Positions 1-9,437 of a DNA stretch of 57,004 nt are shown here, in pieces (within the stretch, counting starts at the first letter, position 1; every line of letters begins with the position of its first letter). Below the pieces are notes generated by a model that saw only the letters and a list, made by a program, of their open reading frames with translations, ran no database searches and had not been told where the DNA came from. Source of the stretch: an uncultured virus (IMG/VR IMGVR_UViG_3300001605_000010) (taxonomy: Duplodnaviria; Heunggongvirae; Uroviricota; Caudoviricetes); the IMG/VR virus record IMGVR_UViG_3300001605_000010, positions 62,001-119,004 of that record. One strand, written 5' to 3'. Position numbers and translations under genes: made by a program.

Positions 1-1473
1 CCACTCAAGATGCTTTTCGTAAACTTGTTTGATTCTTTTTTTCATTTCTGGCGGACTTTTATCGACTCTCAAATAACAAGGATCAAACAAAATCTGTAAG
101 TTAAAGTCTTCTGGTTTTATGAGATCTTGCTCTACCCAAGATCTATGGAAATCTGGAAGGTGTAAAACATTTAAAATACTGGTAGTGGCAGAAACATAAA
201 AATCAATATGTGGGCATTGGTTGATCATTGCTCGACGATTTTCCAGAACATCTTGCCAATCTAGCCCTTGTCTTAGATATTCTCCGCGTTGATTTTCTCC
301 ATCTAGGCTAGCACCAATAGATACTCTCGGAAATCTCTTCCACAGATCAAGCAATGATTTATTTTTTAATACTAGCCTAGACATGTTGATGTTGTAGCAG
401 AGATGCACATCGTTTTGTCCACGAGAATCCAGTATTTCCAGGATCTCGTAAAATTTTTCAATCATCGAAGGCTCGCCACCGGCAAAATATATTTTTTTGA
501 CATGATCTACGTGCTGTATGATCTGATCAAACAGATCGTTGTCATCACGTCCGGCAATCAAAATGGGAGATCGCTTTTGTTTAATGAGTCCAAGATTTTC
601 TGCTGGTTGATACCACGAGGATGATGAGCCTGGCCCGCAACTCCTGCAGGTTAGATTGCAGAGATTATTATATCTTATGTCCCAGTAACCTAGCTCAAAT
701 TGAGCTAAGTTTCCACTAACTTCGGTTAAATCCACTAGATTTATTTTGTCTAATAGAGTTCGATTGCTAGATTTCCGTAAAGTATCCCGACCCATTGCTT
801 CTTTTTCATAACATCGAATACATTCTTTGACTGGGATTCCGGATAACATATCTTGTCTGACTTTTTTCCAGGCACTTGAATTGAATATTTCAGACAGAGA
901 TTGTTTCGAGGTGTTGCCCAAGGAGCCTTGGAATTCACAACAAGGTCTTGTACGATTATTGGGTTCGATGTTGATCCCTGTCCAAGCCAACATGCAAAAA
1001 TATTTATTTTCAAATAATAACTTACGCTGATCGTCACGTAGTTTGGAGATTTTCTCTGCATCGTTTTTGATACTAGCGTACTTAGAAAAAATCTCCGGTT
1101 CGTCACTGTTTTGTATTGTGTATTCGCCACGGCATTGATAAAGATGAAAAGGTATCTTATCAAAACTTATGTTGTCCAGCACATGTCTATAATCGTTCTC
1201 GATGTTGGGGTTGGTGGTGACTAGACAAACAAAAAAATTGGATATATCAACGTCGTTGATGATTGATTGTAGATTTTGTAGAGTCTGCCCTGGGTAACTG
1301 GTATCTTTGGTTATTACAAATACTATTCGTTGATGGTTTTTAAACGAATCTCGATGTAAACTTTTAATTTTTATATAAAGATTGACAATCGACTGATTGT
1401 CACAATTAATCACTTCTAACACATCAAAATCATTGGATAATTTTGATGTGCATTCTTCTACAGTAGGTTTCAT
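1..1473 (-). CDS. Radical SAM protein with N-terminal twitch/SPASM-like Cys cluster (3' end runs off the window)
   Basis: Translated by hand from the ATG at 1473 (TGATG overlap with groES): MKPTVEEC...FCMLAWTGINIEPNNRTRPCCEF...WDIRYNNLCNLTCRSC, containing a CxxxCxxC motif. Absent from the ORF track, presumably because it runs off the window edge. Confidence 0.85.
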   Translation of the reverse strand, partial: MKPTVEECTSKLSNDFDVLEVINCDNQSIVNLYIKIKSLHRDSFKNHQRIVFVITKDTSYPGQTLQNLQSIINDVDISNFFVCLVTTNPNIENDYRHVLDNISFDKIPFHLYQCRGEYTIQNSDEPEIFSKYASIKNDAEKISKLRDDQRKLLFENKYFCMLAWTGINIEPNNRTRPCCEFQGSLGNTSKQSLSEIFNSSAWKKVRQDMLSGIPVKECIRCYEKEAMGRDTLRKSSNRTLLDKINLVDLTEVSGNLAQFELGYWDIRYNNLCNLTCRSCGPGSSSSWYQPAENLGLIKQKRSPILIAGRDDNDLFDQIIQHVDHVKKIYFAGGEPSMIEKFYEILEILDSRGQNDVHLCYNINMSRLVLKNKSLLDLWKRFPRVSIGASLDGENQRGEYLRQGLDWQDVLENRRAMINQCPHIDFYVSATTSILNVLHLPDFHRSWVEQDLIKPEDFNLQILFDPCYLRVDKSPPEMKKRIKQVYEKHLEW

Positions 1474-1838
1474 CAGCCCGAGACTGCATCAGAAATAGTG
1501 TCGTCTGATCCCGGATAGTCGTTTGATACCAATAAGATATCTCGTGGATCGATCCTGCGTATAGTGCGAATACCCGAATCGTCCTCGATGTCTAGACCGC
1601 GAGTCCAGCGGCCGTGCGATACACAGATCCATTGTCCTGGTTGGACGTCTTTCTGTTCTGGGCCCACTGCATAGATCCGACCCCATCGTGGTCGGATTCC
1701 TGTCGATTTGCCATTGTCACTGGCGAGTATGATTCCTGAGCTGAGTTGACGGCCTTTGAATTCCATGTCTTCTACTATGACATTGTCGTTGAGTGCTCGG
1801 AGTGAGTTTATTCGAGTAGGGGCAAATGCTGGTTTCAT
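1473..1838 (-). CDS. groES: Co-chaperonin GroES (Cpn10)
   Basis: LRALNDNVIV...SSGIIL...GRIYAVGP...DVQPGQWI...DILLV pattern; GAGGA RBS precedes the ATG at 1838. Confidence 0.85.
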   Translation of the reverse strand: MKPAFAPTRINSLRALNDNVIVEDMEFKGRQLSSGIILASDNGKSTGIRPRWGRIYAVGPEQKDVQPGQWICVSHGRWTRGLDIEDDSGIRTIRRIDPRDILLVSNDYPGSDDTISDAVSG

Positions 1839-1848
1839 TGATTCCTCT

Positions 1849-2265
1849 TTAGATTTTACTGACGCCTTCGGCGTTTTGAGCGATTTCTTGTGCTGTACGG
1901 ATGGGTTCTTGCTTGATCTGTCGTGCTCGAGCAATGGCCGCTGCCAGCCCCGATGTTTCGGGCTCAATCGAGGATTTTTCAGGAACAACAACAGATGTTG
2001 GGTTGTTATCCGGAACAGCTAACTCCGTTGGTGATTGCTTTTTGTTTTTCACCAAGGAATCATCCGACACATTGCTGGTCTGGCGACGATATTGCTTGGA
2101 TACCTGCTGATTGCGGCTGTCAATGGGATCATTGTGGCTGTCGATTAGATCGCCACGAGCGTTGACTCGCATGTTGCCCACGGCTCGAACATTTTCATTC
2201 TGCAGTTGTAGAGCACCAAGGTCTACCATTTTCCCTTGTGCTGTTCGATAAACTTTTCTTGTCAT
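1849..2265 (-). CDS. Hypothetical phage protein
   Basis: 138-aa ORF with AGGAGA RBS and an upstream TAAATA at 2292-2297. Confidence 0.7.
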   Translation of the reverse strand: MTRKVYRTAQGKMVDLGALQLQNENVRAVGNMRVNARGDLIDSHNDPIDSRNQQVSKQYRRQTSNVSDDSLVKNKKQSPTELAVPDNNPTSVVVPEKSSIEPETSGLAAAIARARQIKQEPIRTAQEIAQNAEGVSKI

Positions 2266-2294
2266 GCATTTCTCCTTGTTGGATATATGTGTAT

Positions 2295-2816
2295 TTAACG
2301 CAGAAATTCCCTGGGGTTTAAATCATAATATAGACTATTGATGCGGTGTACGCCCAGAAGATACAACACATAACTGGCCACACAGCTGCCACGGCCCACT
2401 CCCCAAATTACACGATTTTCCTGCATCACCGCTACAAGATACCGGAGATAGCGCAGGAGATCGAACAAATCTTTTTCTTGATACAACAACAGCTCTTCCG
2501 CTACTCTTTGCAGTTCCTCTGGAGTCTGGCACAGACTCAACACATGCTCGGCTATGTCGAAATCACGATATTCGTCAGGCATGAACCAATGGCTCTGCTG
2601 TTTTCGATCAAACTCAGGCACAGGGATGTTGGAATCTTCCGGAAAAGTCCAGGTCAGTAAATTTCCAGGATTTTCTACGGTATCAACTAGTTGTTGTAGA
2701 TCAATACCGGGGTCTACGGTCACGCGATCCATTTTCAAGAGATCCCGACCTTGCATCACCAAGTCGCAAAGATCATCTTGGTCCAATATTATCTCGCCGA
2801 ACTTACTGGTCTTCAT
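2295..2816 (-). CDS. Stand-alone DNA polymerase III alpha (DnaE)-like fragment
   Basis: RVAEELLLY...WGVGRGSCVASYVLYLLGVHRINSLYYDL matches the DnaE GRGS region; the ORF stops before the PDIDxD catalytic motif. Confidence 0.8.
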   Translation of the reverse strand: MKTSKFGEIILDQDDLCDLVMQGRDLLKMDRVTVDPGIDLQQLVDTVENPGNLLTWTFPEDSNIPVPEFDRKQQSHWFMPDEYRDFDIAEHVLSLCQTPEELQRVAEELLLYQEKDLFDLLRYLRYLVAVMQENRVIWGVGRGSCVASYVLYLLGVHRINSLYYDLNPREFLR

Positions 2817-3405
2817 TTTTTGGAAACCGGGCAAATACCACAGTGTCGTTGGATGGTGCAGGCATGTCCCATGCCAGGCCGTGTTCGGACCATTCCATGC
2901 TTTTGGACAAACTCACAATCTTACCAGAGGTTTTCTTAACAACAACATCGGACCATACAGGTCTGGGATCCGTCCACCAACCGGATTTCTCCAGACCTTC
3001 ACCTAGTCCTTCTCCGTGGCTGTGTAGATAACTGGTATGATCACCTACTAGACTAGAAATCTCTATGTCTGTGATCACCATGCGATTTTCCATGATCAGA
3101 TTGAGTTTGAGGTACAGCATGATACCTATGATCTGATCCACGGGTTCATCGGGCAAAACGATGATCCTGGCACCGGTGTCTTGCCAGACCGACAATCGAG
3201 CATCATCATGTGCTAGAAAAATAGCACCATCCATGACACGCTGCGTCCAGAACTTTATGCGCTCATAGGCAATATTCTGTTGATCGCTATCACGACTCAC
3301 TGTGACTAAACTAACAGCAGCTTCGTAATGGTTGACATAAAACTCGTCTTGGTATACCAATCCCGCAGACCAGGACAGCGTTTTCTTGAGTCTGGCACCG
3401 CTCAT
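2803..3405 (-). CDS. Hypothetical protein
   Basis: 200-aa ORF overlapping both neighbours. Confidence 0.7.
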   Translation of the reverse strand: MSGARLKKTLSWSAGLVYQDEFYVNHYEAAVSLVTVSRDSDQQNIAYERIKFWTQRVMDGAIFLAHDDARLSVWQDTGARIIVLPDEPVDQIIGIMLYLKLNLIMENRMVITDIEISSLVGDHTSYLHSHGEGLGEGLEKSGWWTDPRPVWSDVVVKKTSGKIVSLSKSMEWSEHGLAWDMPAPSNDTVVFARFPKNEDQ

Positions 3406-3641
3406 GATATATCGATCCTGTCGGAAAAGTCAGGCCCGTTGCCACTTTGTTTATCCCAGATCTCTCGCATACGTTCTTGATATTTGTTGTTGAATGTTTC
3501 CAAGGCCATGCGTATCTGGCCAGCCAAATGGGCATTGCCAGATCTAGATGCTATCATCATCTTCTTGTTGAGATCCGTGATCCTGGCCTGTAGTTGCTCT
3601 ACAGTGAGATTGTCAATGCCGCTGATTAATGGATGTTCCAT
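3402..3641 (-). CDS. Hypothetical coiled-coil protein
   Basis: 79-aa ORF with ATGA overlap into the next gene. Confidence 0.7.
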   Translation of the reverse strand: MEHPLISGIDNLTVEQLQARITDLNKKMMIASRSGNAHLAGQIRMALETFNNKYQERMREIWDKQSGNGPDFSDRIDIS

Positions 3642-3679
3642 AAAATAAAAGCCCTTGATGCTAGTTTAACATCAAGGGC
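3642..3679 (-). terminator. Rho-independent terminator-like hairpin overlapping a sigma70-like promoter
   Basis: GCCCTTGATG-N9-CATCAAGGGC followed by TTTTATTTT on the minus strand; TTGACA-N18-TAAACT spans the hairpin. Confidence 0.6.
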
Positions 3680-3703
3680 CGTGGCCTGTCAACTGTTTTT
3701 GGA

Positions 3704-4591
3704 TCAGCTAAATGTGACTCCGTTGTTGCCCACGCAGAACCATTTTCCACCGATGTATTGGAAAGTGGCTGCTGAACCCACTGCCGAGAGATTGGCTGTT
3801 CCGGCACCACCCCAAGCGGCATTGGCCACAGTGATCAAGGCATTACCTGTGGATGTGTTACCATATGCCAGGATTTTGATTTGACCGAGTTGACCAGCTG
3901 CTAGATTGCCTGTGAGGTTGGCACTAGAAGTTATAACCGTAGATGTTGTTGCTAGACTGATATTGCCGTTGGCTGAAAAAGTATCTTGTCCAGAGAAATC
4001 TGTTGTACGGGTGAGATCTTCGATGAATATAGTAGATCCACCGTCGCTGGTAGTGAATTCGAACACATAAGTTCCAGCTGCACTAAAGGTGATCACGTTC
4101 GACGACCAACCAAGTATGTATGTAGTAGAAGTGAAAGAAATGCCCGCTCCCACGGCAGCAGGCAATGTTAGCGTGTCTGCAGTGCTGCTCACTGTTATCT
4201 GTAATCTCAGAGTGTTGGTTACTCCGGTAGAGAATCCAGAAAAAGACAGATCAACCGGACCTGATGTAGCGAGGCTATAATATGATCCTTGTGTGTAATC
4301 AATGTTTCGACCGCCTGACACTGCACCCAAGGGAATCGTGGTCTCGCTCATGTTACGCAACTGGGCATTGCTCAAGACCTGCCCGTTCATGTTGTTGTTG
4401 GGATTGCCGGTAGTGCCCGATAGAGGTGCTTTCAATACCACCTTGCTCTGCAGATCTGTTATTTCGGCTGCAGCACGCTCAAAGTTGGTTTTGGTATTGG
4501 TAAAATTATCCCGGAAACCCTGGCTGTCGTTGTCCTGACCAGCTACAGGATAGTTTCCGTCGATAATCTGTGGGTTGATATTAGATGCCAT
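3704..4591 (-). CDS. Virion structural / tail-fibre-associated protein
   Basis: S/T/G/N-rich beta-type 295-aa protein with N-terminal YPVAGQDNDSQGFRDNF; TAAATA at 4614-4619. Confidence 0.6.
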   Translation of the reverse strand: MASNINPQIIDGNYPVAGQDNDSQGFRDNFTNTKTNFERAAAEITDLQSKVVLKAPLSGTTGNPNNNMNGQVLSNAQLRNMSETTIPLGAVSGGRNIDYTQGSYYSLATSGPVDLSFSGFSTGVTNTLRLQITVSSTADTLTLPAAVGAGISFTSTTYILGWSSNVITFSAAGTYVFEFTTSDGGSTIFIEDLTRTTDFSGQDTFSANGNISLATTSTVITSSANLTGNLAAGQLGQIKILAYGNTSTGNALITVANAAWGGAGTANLSAVGSAATFQYIGGKWFCVGNNGVTFS

Positions 4592-4638
4592 TTTTGATCC
4601 TCAATGTTATGAATATTTATGCAGAACCGGGGGAGATT

Positions 4639-5160
4639 TTAAAAACCCTGGGTCAGCGAGTTGTAAAACACCGAGTATGATGTGCTACCATTTACGGTGA
4701 GGGTAAAAGAGAGGTCACTACTGGTGAAAAATCCCGAATCATCCTCATATCCCACTTGAATACGTATGGGATAGGATATCCCACCCAATAAGCTGGTTCC
4801 AGCACTGCCGCCACCGCTTCCGGCAGCGATCAGGGCATTGTTAGCAGCATATCCAGAGCGTGCTGTGGCTCCTATCCAGAGATAGGATCTCGAATTATAC
4901 CGATCGCCGGATATGTTGATAGTAAATGTCGTGATTCCAGAAGATGCCGGGCGATAATATCCAGTCCAAAGTCCGCTGTAATCGTCGTCATCCCAGCTCT
5001 GATTAGCCGGTGCAGTATCTATCGATGTGCTGTAGGGTGTGCGAGAATCAAAATATGCTGTGTTGGTGCTGGCATATCCTGTGTACAACTTCCTCACCAG
5101 GCCCGGCGCATAAACTATGTTCTGTCCTGACCCCAGTACTGCTGCTACTGCGCCTGTCAT
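4639..5160 (-). CDS. PA14/GLEYA-like carbohydrate-binding domain protein
   Basis: YSGLWTGYYRPASSGITTF...SYLWIG...YPIRIQ resembles the PA14 fold signature. Confidence 0.6.
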   Translation of the reverse strand: MTGAVAAVLGSGQNIVYAPGLVRKLYTGYASTNTAYFDSRTPYSTSIDTAPANQSWDDDDYSGLWTGYYRPASSGITTFTINISGDRYNSRSYLWIGATARSGYAANNALIAAGSGGGSAGTSLLGGISYPIRIQVGYEDDSGFFTSSDLSFTLTVNGSTSYSVFYNSLTQGF

Positions 5161-6453
5161 TTAGGATAATCCAGTTCCGTTAACGAACCATACATTGGCT
5201 TCGACTTTGATAAGAGCGGCCATGCCATAACTTCCCAGGGACTTGGTTCCAGAAACATTGCTGCCTGCTGTGTAAAGGAATACACCACTGCCAGGGGTCA
5301 ATAACACAGATCCAGATCCGCGATTGATCACTGTTACCACGGTACCAATATCAATGTTTTGTGCGGCGTTACTGGGTATATTCAAAGTCGTGGTCACTGC
5401 CGAAGTTTCGTACAAGTGTTTGCCAGAATCTGCAGCAGTCAAGGTGTAGTTATTAGACAGTATCACCTGCGGCAATGCGCGATATCCAATATCAAACCCA
5501 TTGACACGAGCATTGAGATTGCCTGTGATGGTTGCCCCACCGCTCACTGAGATTGATCCGTTGACTGTTAGTCCGGTCAGTGTGCCCACGCTGGTAATGG
5601 CAGTCTGTACAGGAGTAGACAGCGTTCCTTGCAAAGTAGTGGATACCAGTGTGCTGGTAGTGGTAGTGCCGGATACCTGCAGGGATGACAGCGTTCCTAC
5701 ACTGGTGATGTTGGGTTGGGCAGCAGTAGACAGGGTACCACTTAAAGTTGATGCTGATATGTTGGTGGCTGATATGTTGTTGGTGATAGCTGCGTTAGCT
5801 CCGGCTATGTTTCCCGAGGTAGTCAAAGAAGTCAGTGTACCTAACCCAGTGATGTTGGGTTGATTAGCAGTGGTCAGTGTTCCGGTAATACTGGTTGTTG
5901 ATATATCAGTTGCTAGTACGTTGGCCACAGACAACTGATTAGTGACCGAGAGATTTGTCAGCGTTCCAATTTCAGTAATCAAAGGCTGCGAAGGTGTTAT
6001 TATCTGTGTGGCAACAGTGGGCGCAGTGATGGCGCCTGAAACAATGTTGCCCACCACAGAAAGAGATTGTAAAGTGCCCACAGCAGTGATGCTGGGCTGA
6101 CTGGCAGTGGTCAACTGTCCAGTTATGGTAGTAGTAGTGATGTTGCCAGCTGTAAAGGTGTTGGCCACTGTGAGATTAGTCAACGCACCAATTGATGTGA
6201 TGTTAGGCTGGTTGGCCGTGGCGATCACACCGTTTATCTGTGTGCCAGTTACTGTACCAGCGGTAACTGTTCCAGTCACTGACAAACTATTAAGAACACC
6301 AATCGCGGTAATGCTAGGTTGTGATGATTCTGTGACCACCCCTGCTGTGACTGCAAACTGCGGTATCTTGTCGTCAAGATAGGAAAAATTAGCATCTAAC
6401 TGTGCTAACGGAATGATACCGCTGGAATTGGCAAATTGATTAGGTACGCTCAT
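5161..6453 (-). CDS. Tail fibre-like repeat protein
   Basis: About seven repeats of TAxQPNITSVGTLTSLxV. Confidence 0.7.
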   Translation of the reverse strand: MSVPNQFANSSGIIPLAQLDANFSYLDDKIPQFAVTAGVVTESSQPSITAIGVLNSLSVTGTVTAGTVTGTQINGVIATANQPNITSIGALTNLTVANTFTAGNITTTTITGQLTTASQPSITAVGTLQSLSVVGNIVSGAITAPTVATQIITPSQPLITEIGTLTNLSVTNQLSVANVLATDISTTSITGTLTTANQPNITGLGTLTSLTTSGNIAGANAAITNNISATNISASTLSGTLSTAAQPNITSVGTLSSLQVSGTTTTSTLVSTTLQGTLSTPVQTAITSVGTLTGLTVNGSISVSGGATITGNLNARVNGFDIGYRALPQVILSNNYTLTAADSGKHLYETSAVTTTLNIPSNAAQNIDIGTVVTVINRGSGSVLLTPGSGVFLYTAGSNVSGTKSLGSYGMAALIKVEANVWFVNGTGLS

Positions 6454-9435
6454 TTATGTCTCGGGTTGGCTTAATATATCACGTCTGGGAAATACCAGAT
6501 ATTTATCGAAAGAGTCAGTGGCTATCCATCGTACTGTAGGGGTTATAAATCTGGTGCTTCCACCATCAAAAAATGTTCCCTGCTGTGGGATGCCACTACC
6601 CGATGTTTCCCATATCACGTTGACAGACTGATTGTTGACCCAGGTCACCGGGTCGCCAGAATTGTCAAACCATGTGGCAAAAACTGGTGCTGCAGTCTGT
6701 GTATCAAAGGTAGTAGCAGCCGGGGGCTGTGGTTCCCACTCATCGTCGGTATTGTCCCACTGCCAGGTCTGGCTGCGATCAATCTCATATCGATCGATCT
6801 TGAAATCAATCACGTTGAGCTGAGCTTGGAATTTTTCCCGGATATTATATGCTACTAGCCCGCTGGCACCGGGTTGTACATAGGCGATTACCCAGGCCGG
6901 GGTAAATCCCAAGACCTGACCATTTGCTTGTTTGGACGTCATCCACAGTGGCAATGCCGGAGATATCTGTCCCACTGTAGAAATCACTTGATCTCTCATG
7001 TTGATCAAGCTGTTGGGATAAACGATGTCGATAACTGTGTTATCGTCCGATGTTACAGGATAGGGCAAGGTGATCTCTTTTGACACACTCTGTCCTTGAT
7101 CATTGACGAGATTGTCAATCACCGGACTGTATACCACTTCATATAGGACATTGCCCCGGCTGTCCAGAGCCCTAGCAGTTCTTACATTGCCTAGAGTCAC
7201 GTTTTTCCAGTAGTGATTTATATCTAAACTCTCTACATAGGTATCCAGGCTGGCTGGCGCTAACCCATATGCATGATCGTATACCACGCTAGTGGCTACA
7301 CCAAAGTTGGGATCATCTGCACGATACACAGTGCTGACTGGGATGATGTCTTGATTCTGCACAAGGCCGGATATCAAGGCTCGATCATTGAATGGTGGCA
7401 TGCACTTGATATACAGTTTTTCATACGGTGTGTTGAATACCCGACGCACACGTATGGTAAATCTACGGAAAACAGAAACGATATCAAATTCACTGAGATC
7501 CTGTATAGTAGCCGATGCCACAGCACCACTGCCGCTGTTCACAGCAGTGATGGTCACCGTGGGAATCGTGATGTATCCGGCTCCAGGATTGCCCACTGCG
7601 ATCTCAGTGATAACACCGTCTACAATGGTGATGTCGCCCGCGGTGGCTTGTATAGAATTCAGTTGATTGGGCGGTGCGGAAAGTTCCACTAAAGGCACAG
7701 GATAAGCAGAACCGGTACTGACGATGTTGACACCAGTGACTTGACCGTCGAGGATCGACACTGATGTCACGGCTGCTGTTCCGGATTGCAAAGGCGAAAA
7801 ACTAACAGTTGGCGGAGTGACATAGCCCGATCCCGGGTTCGTTATCTCTATCTCGGTGATGAATCCATTTACCAGTGTGACAATACCTTGTGCTGTTGTT
7901 CCCGAGAGTGGTGCAGAAAATGTCGCTGTGACGCGATTATAATTGCTGCCACCTTCTATCACATTGATCGCACCCACGCGATAACTGATCTGAGCAGACT
8001 CGGGTGAAAATGCATTGACTGTAAAACTATAATCACTGTCAAACGTGGTTTCCTGGGCTGCAAGTCGGGTAGTTGATATCGCATCAAAAGTAGTGGTGCC
8101 ACCATCCAGTGCAAAGGTATTGAAACTCACCCGTCCCGTGATATTTCCCGAGGGCTGCAAAGTAAGACCTTGTGGCAGTCGACTGTTGGTACCAGACGCG
8201 ATACGATACTGCAGTGCTCGATCCGGATTCACTGCCCTGACCGCAAACGTGCTGATACCACCATTGGCGATGGTACCTAGATCGGGGTCTGTGAGCCAGA
8301 GTATTTCGGTGTTGATATCTCCGATGATTGTTATAGTAAAGAAAAAGAATGGGCTGCCAACTGCAGGGTCATTGGCTTTGTAAACACGCACACCGAACTG
8401 ATAGGTTTGTTCCGTGGCACCTTGATCGGGTATGTAACCATAGAACCATCCGGTTTTTTCATCGATCTCCAGACCCGGGGGTAGTGAGAGACCACCACGA
8501 TCAAATCCCCCAACGTCATAGGGTTCAGAATCATATCCGATTCCATTGCCTACCGCAATTTCATATGCCACGGGATCGCCATCAAAATCTATGGCATCAA
8601 ACTTGTAGGCGAACCAGTTGTCGCTGCGATATCTCCCGATAAATCCAGGCTCATTTAATAACACTGGTACACGATCAGGGGTAACATCTGCAGTAAGCCA
8701 GGTGTTGTCTGCAGTGATGGTTGTAACTGATGCCTGCATATCACTCTTGGCATATACAAATATATCAAACACTCTGACATTGCTGGCTTTGCCGTCAGTG
8801 ATCTCCAGGCTGAATTGGAAATTCCTAGTAGCAGATCTCGTGGCAAAGTCATAGGAAAATTGATCATAAGGTGACGCATCATACCCAGCCAAGGCAGTGC
8901 CAGGAGGCCCTATCAAGGGTCGTATGATACCACTGATTACCCCGGTTCTAGGATCCACCGCCAATCCCGGGGGTAATTCTCCTGACAGCAGTCGTATCCT
9001 GACATTGTCGTCGGGATCTGAGTCAGTGAATCTTATGGGTATACGGACCTTGGTGCCGTCAAAGAATATGCCAATCTGGCCTGCTGGTGTGAGGAATTCT
9101 GGTACATCTTGTCCTGTGACTGTGATACTGAACGTGCGGTCAGCAATGCGATCAATTGCTCCACCATCACGCACAGTGTAGGCTCGTATGGCAAACTTGC
9201 TGGTAATATCTTCACTGACTTCTTGTGGCACACCTTGGACTTTGACAATGCTGCGAGGTGTTCCTTCAATCATTCCATTGGTAGTGACTTGTATCCCAGC
9301 GGGCAGCTCGCCGGCTATGAGTCGGAAAAACACATCTTCGGATCCTGCTGTGGCCTGTACTGGTACCGAATAAAAAACTCCTTCGGGTATCACTCCCAGG
9401 CTTCCAGCATCAGTGATCCACTGTGGTTGTGCCAC
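6454..9435 (-). CDS. Large baseplate/structural protein with Ig-like (He_PIG-type) repeats
   Basis: 993 aa; repeated GxLPxGLxxxxxGxIxG motifs and ITNPGSGYxxxPTV repeats typical of myovirus baseplate proteins. Confidence 0.65.
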   Translation of the reverse strand: MAQPQWITDAGSLGVIPEGVFYSVPVQATAGSEDVFFRLIAGELPAGIQVTTNGMIEGTPRSIVKVQGVPQEVSEDITSKFAIRAYTVRDGGAIDRIADRTFSITVTGQDVPEFLTPAGQIGIFFDGTKVRIPIRFTDSDPDDNVRIRLLSGELPPGLAVDPRTGVISGIIRPLIGPPGTALAGYDASPYDQFSYDFATRSATRNFQFSLEITDGKASNVRVFDIFVYAKSDMQASVTTITADNTWLTADVTPDRVPVLLNEPGFIGRYRSDNWFAYKFDAIDFDGDPVAYEIAVGNGIGYDSEPYDVGGFDRGGLSLPPGLEIDEKTGWFYGYIPDQGATEQTYQFGVRVYKANDPAVGSPFFFFTITIIGDINTEILWLTDPDLGTIANGGISTFAVRAVNPDRALQYRIASGTNSRLPQGLTLQPSGNITGRVSFNTFALDGGTTTFDAISTTRLAAQETTFDSDYSFTVNAFSPESAQISYRVGAINVIEGGSNYNRVTATFSAPLSGTTAQGIVTLVNGFITEIEITNPGSGYVTPPTVSFSPLQSGTAAVTSVSILDGQVTGVNIVSTGSAYPVPLVELSAPPNQLNSIQATAGDITIVDGVITEIAVGNPGAGYITIPTVTITAVNSGSGAVASATIQDLSEFDIVSVFRRFTIRVRRVFNTPYEKLYIKCMPPFNDRALISGLVQNQDIIPVSTVYRADDPNFGVATSVVYDHAYGLAPASLDTYVESLDINHYWKNVTLGNVRTARALDSRGNVLYEVVYSPVIDNLVNDQGQSVSKEITLPYPVTSDDNTVIDIVYPNSLINMRDQVISTVGQISPALPLWMTSKQANGQVLGFTPAWVIAYVQPGASGLVAYNIREKFQAQLNVIDFKIDRYEIDRSQTWQWDNTDDEWEPQPPAATTFDTQTAAPVFATWFDNSGDPVTWVNNQSVNVIWETSGSGIPQQGTFFDGGSTRFITPTVRWIATDSFDKYLVFPRRDILSQPET

Positions 9436-9437
9436 GA

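Noticed and set aside
403..1163. Short ORFs listed at 403, 750 and 827
   Set aside because: They lie inside the minus-strand radical SAM frame starting at 1473.
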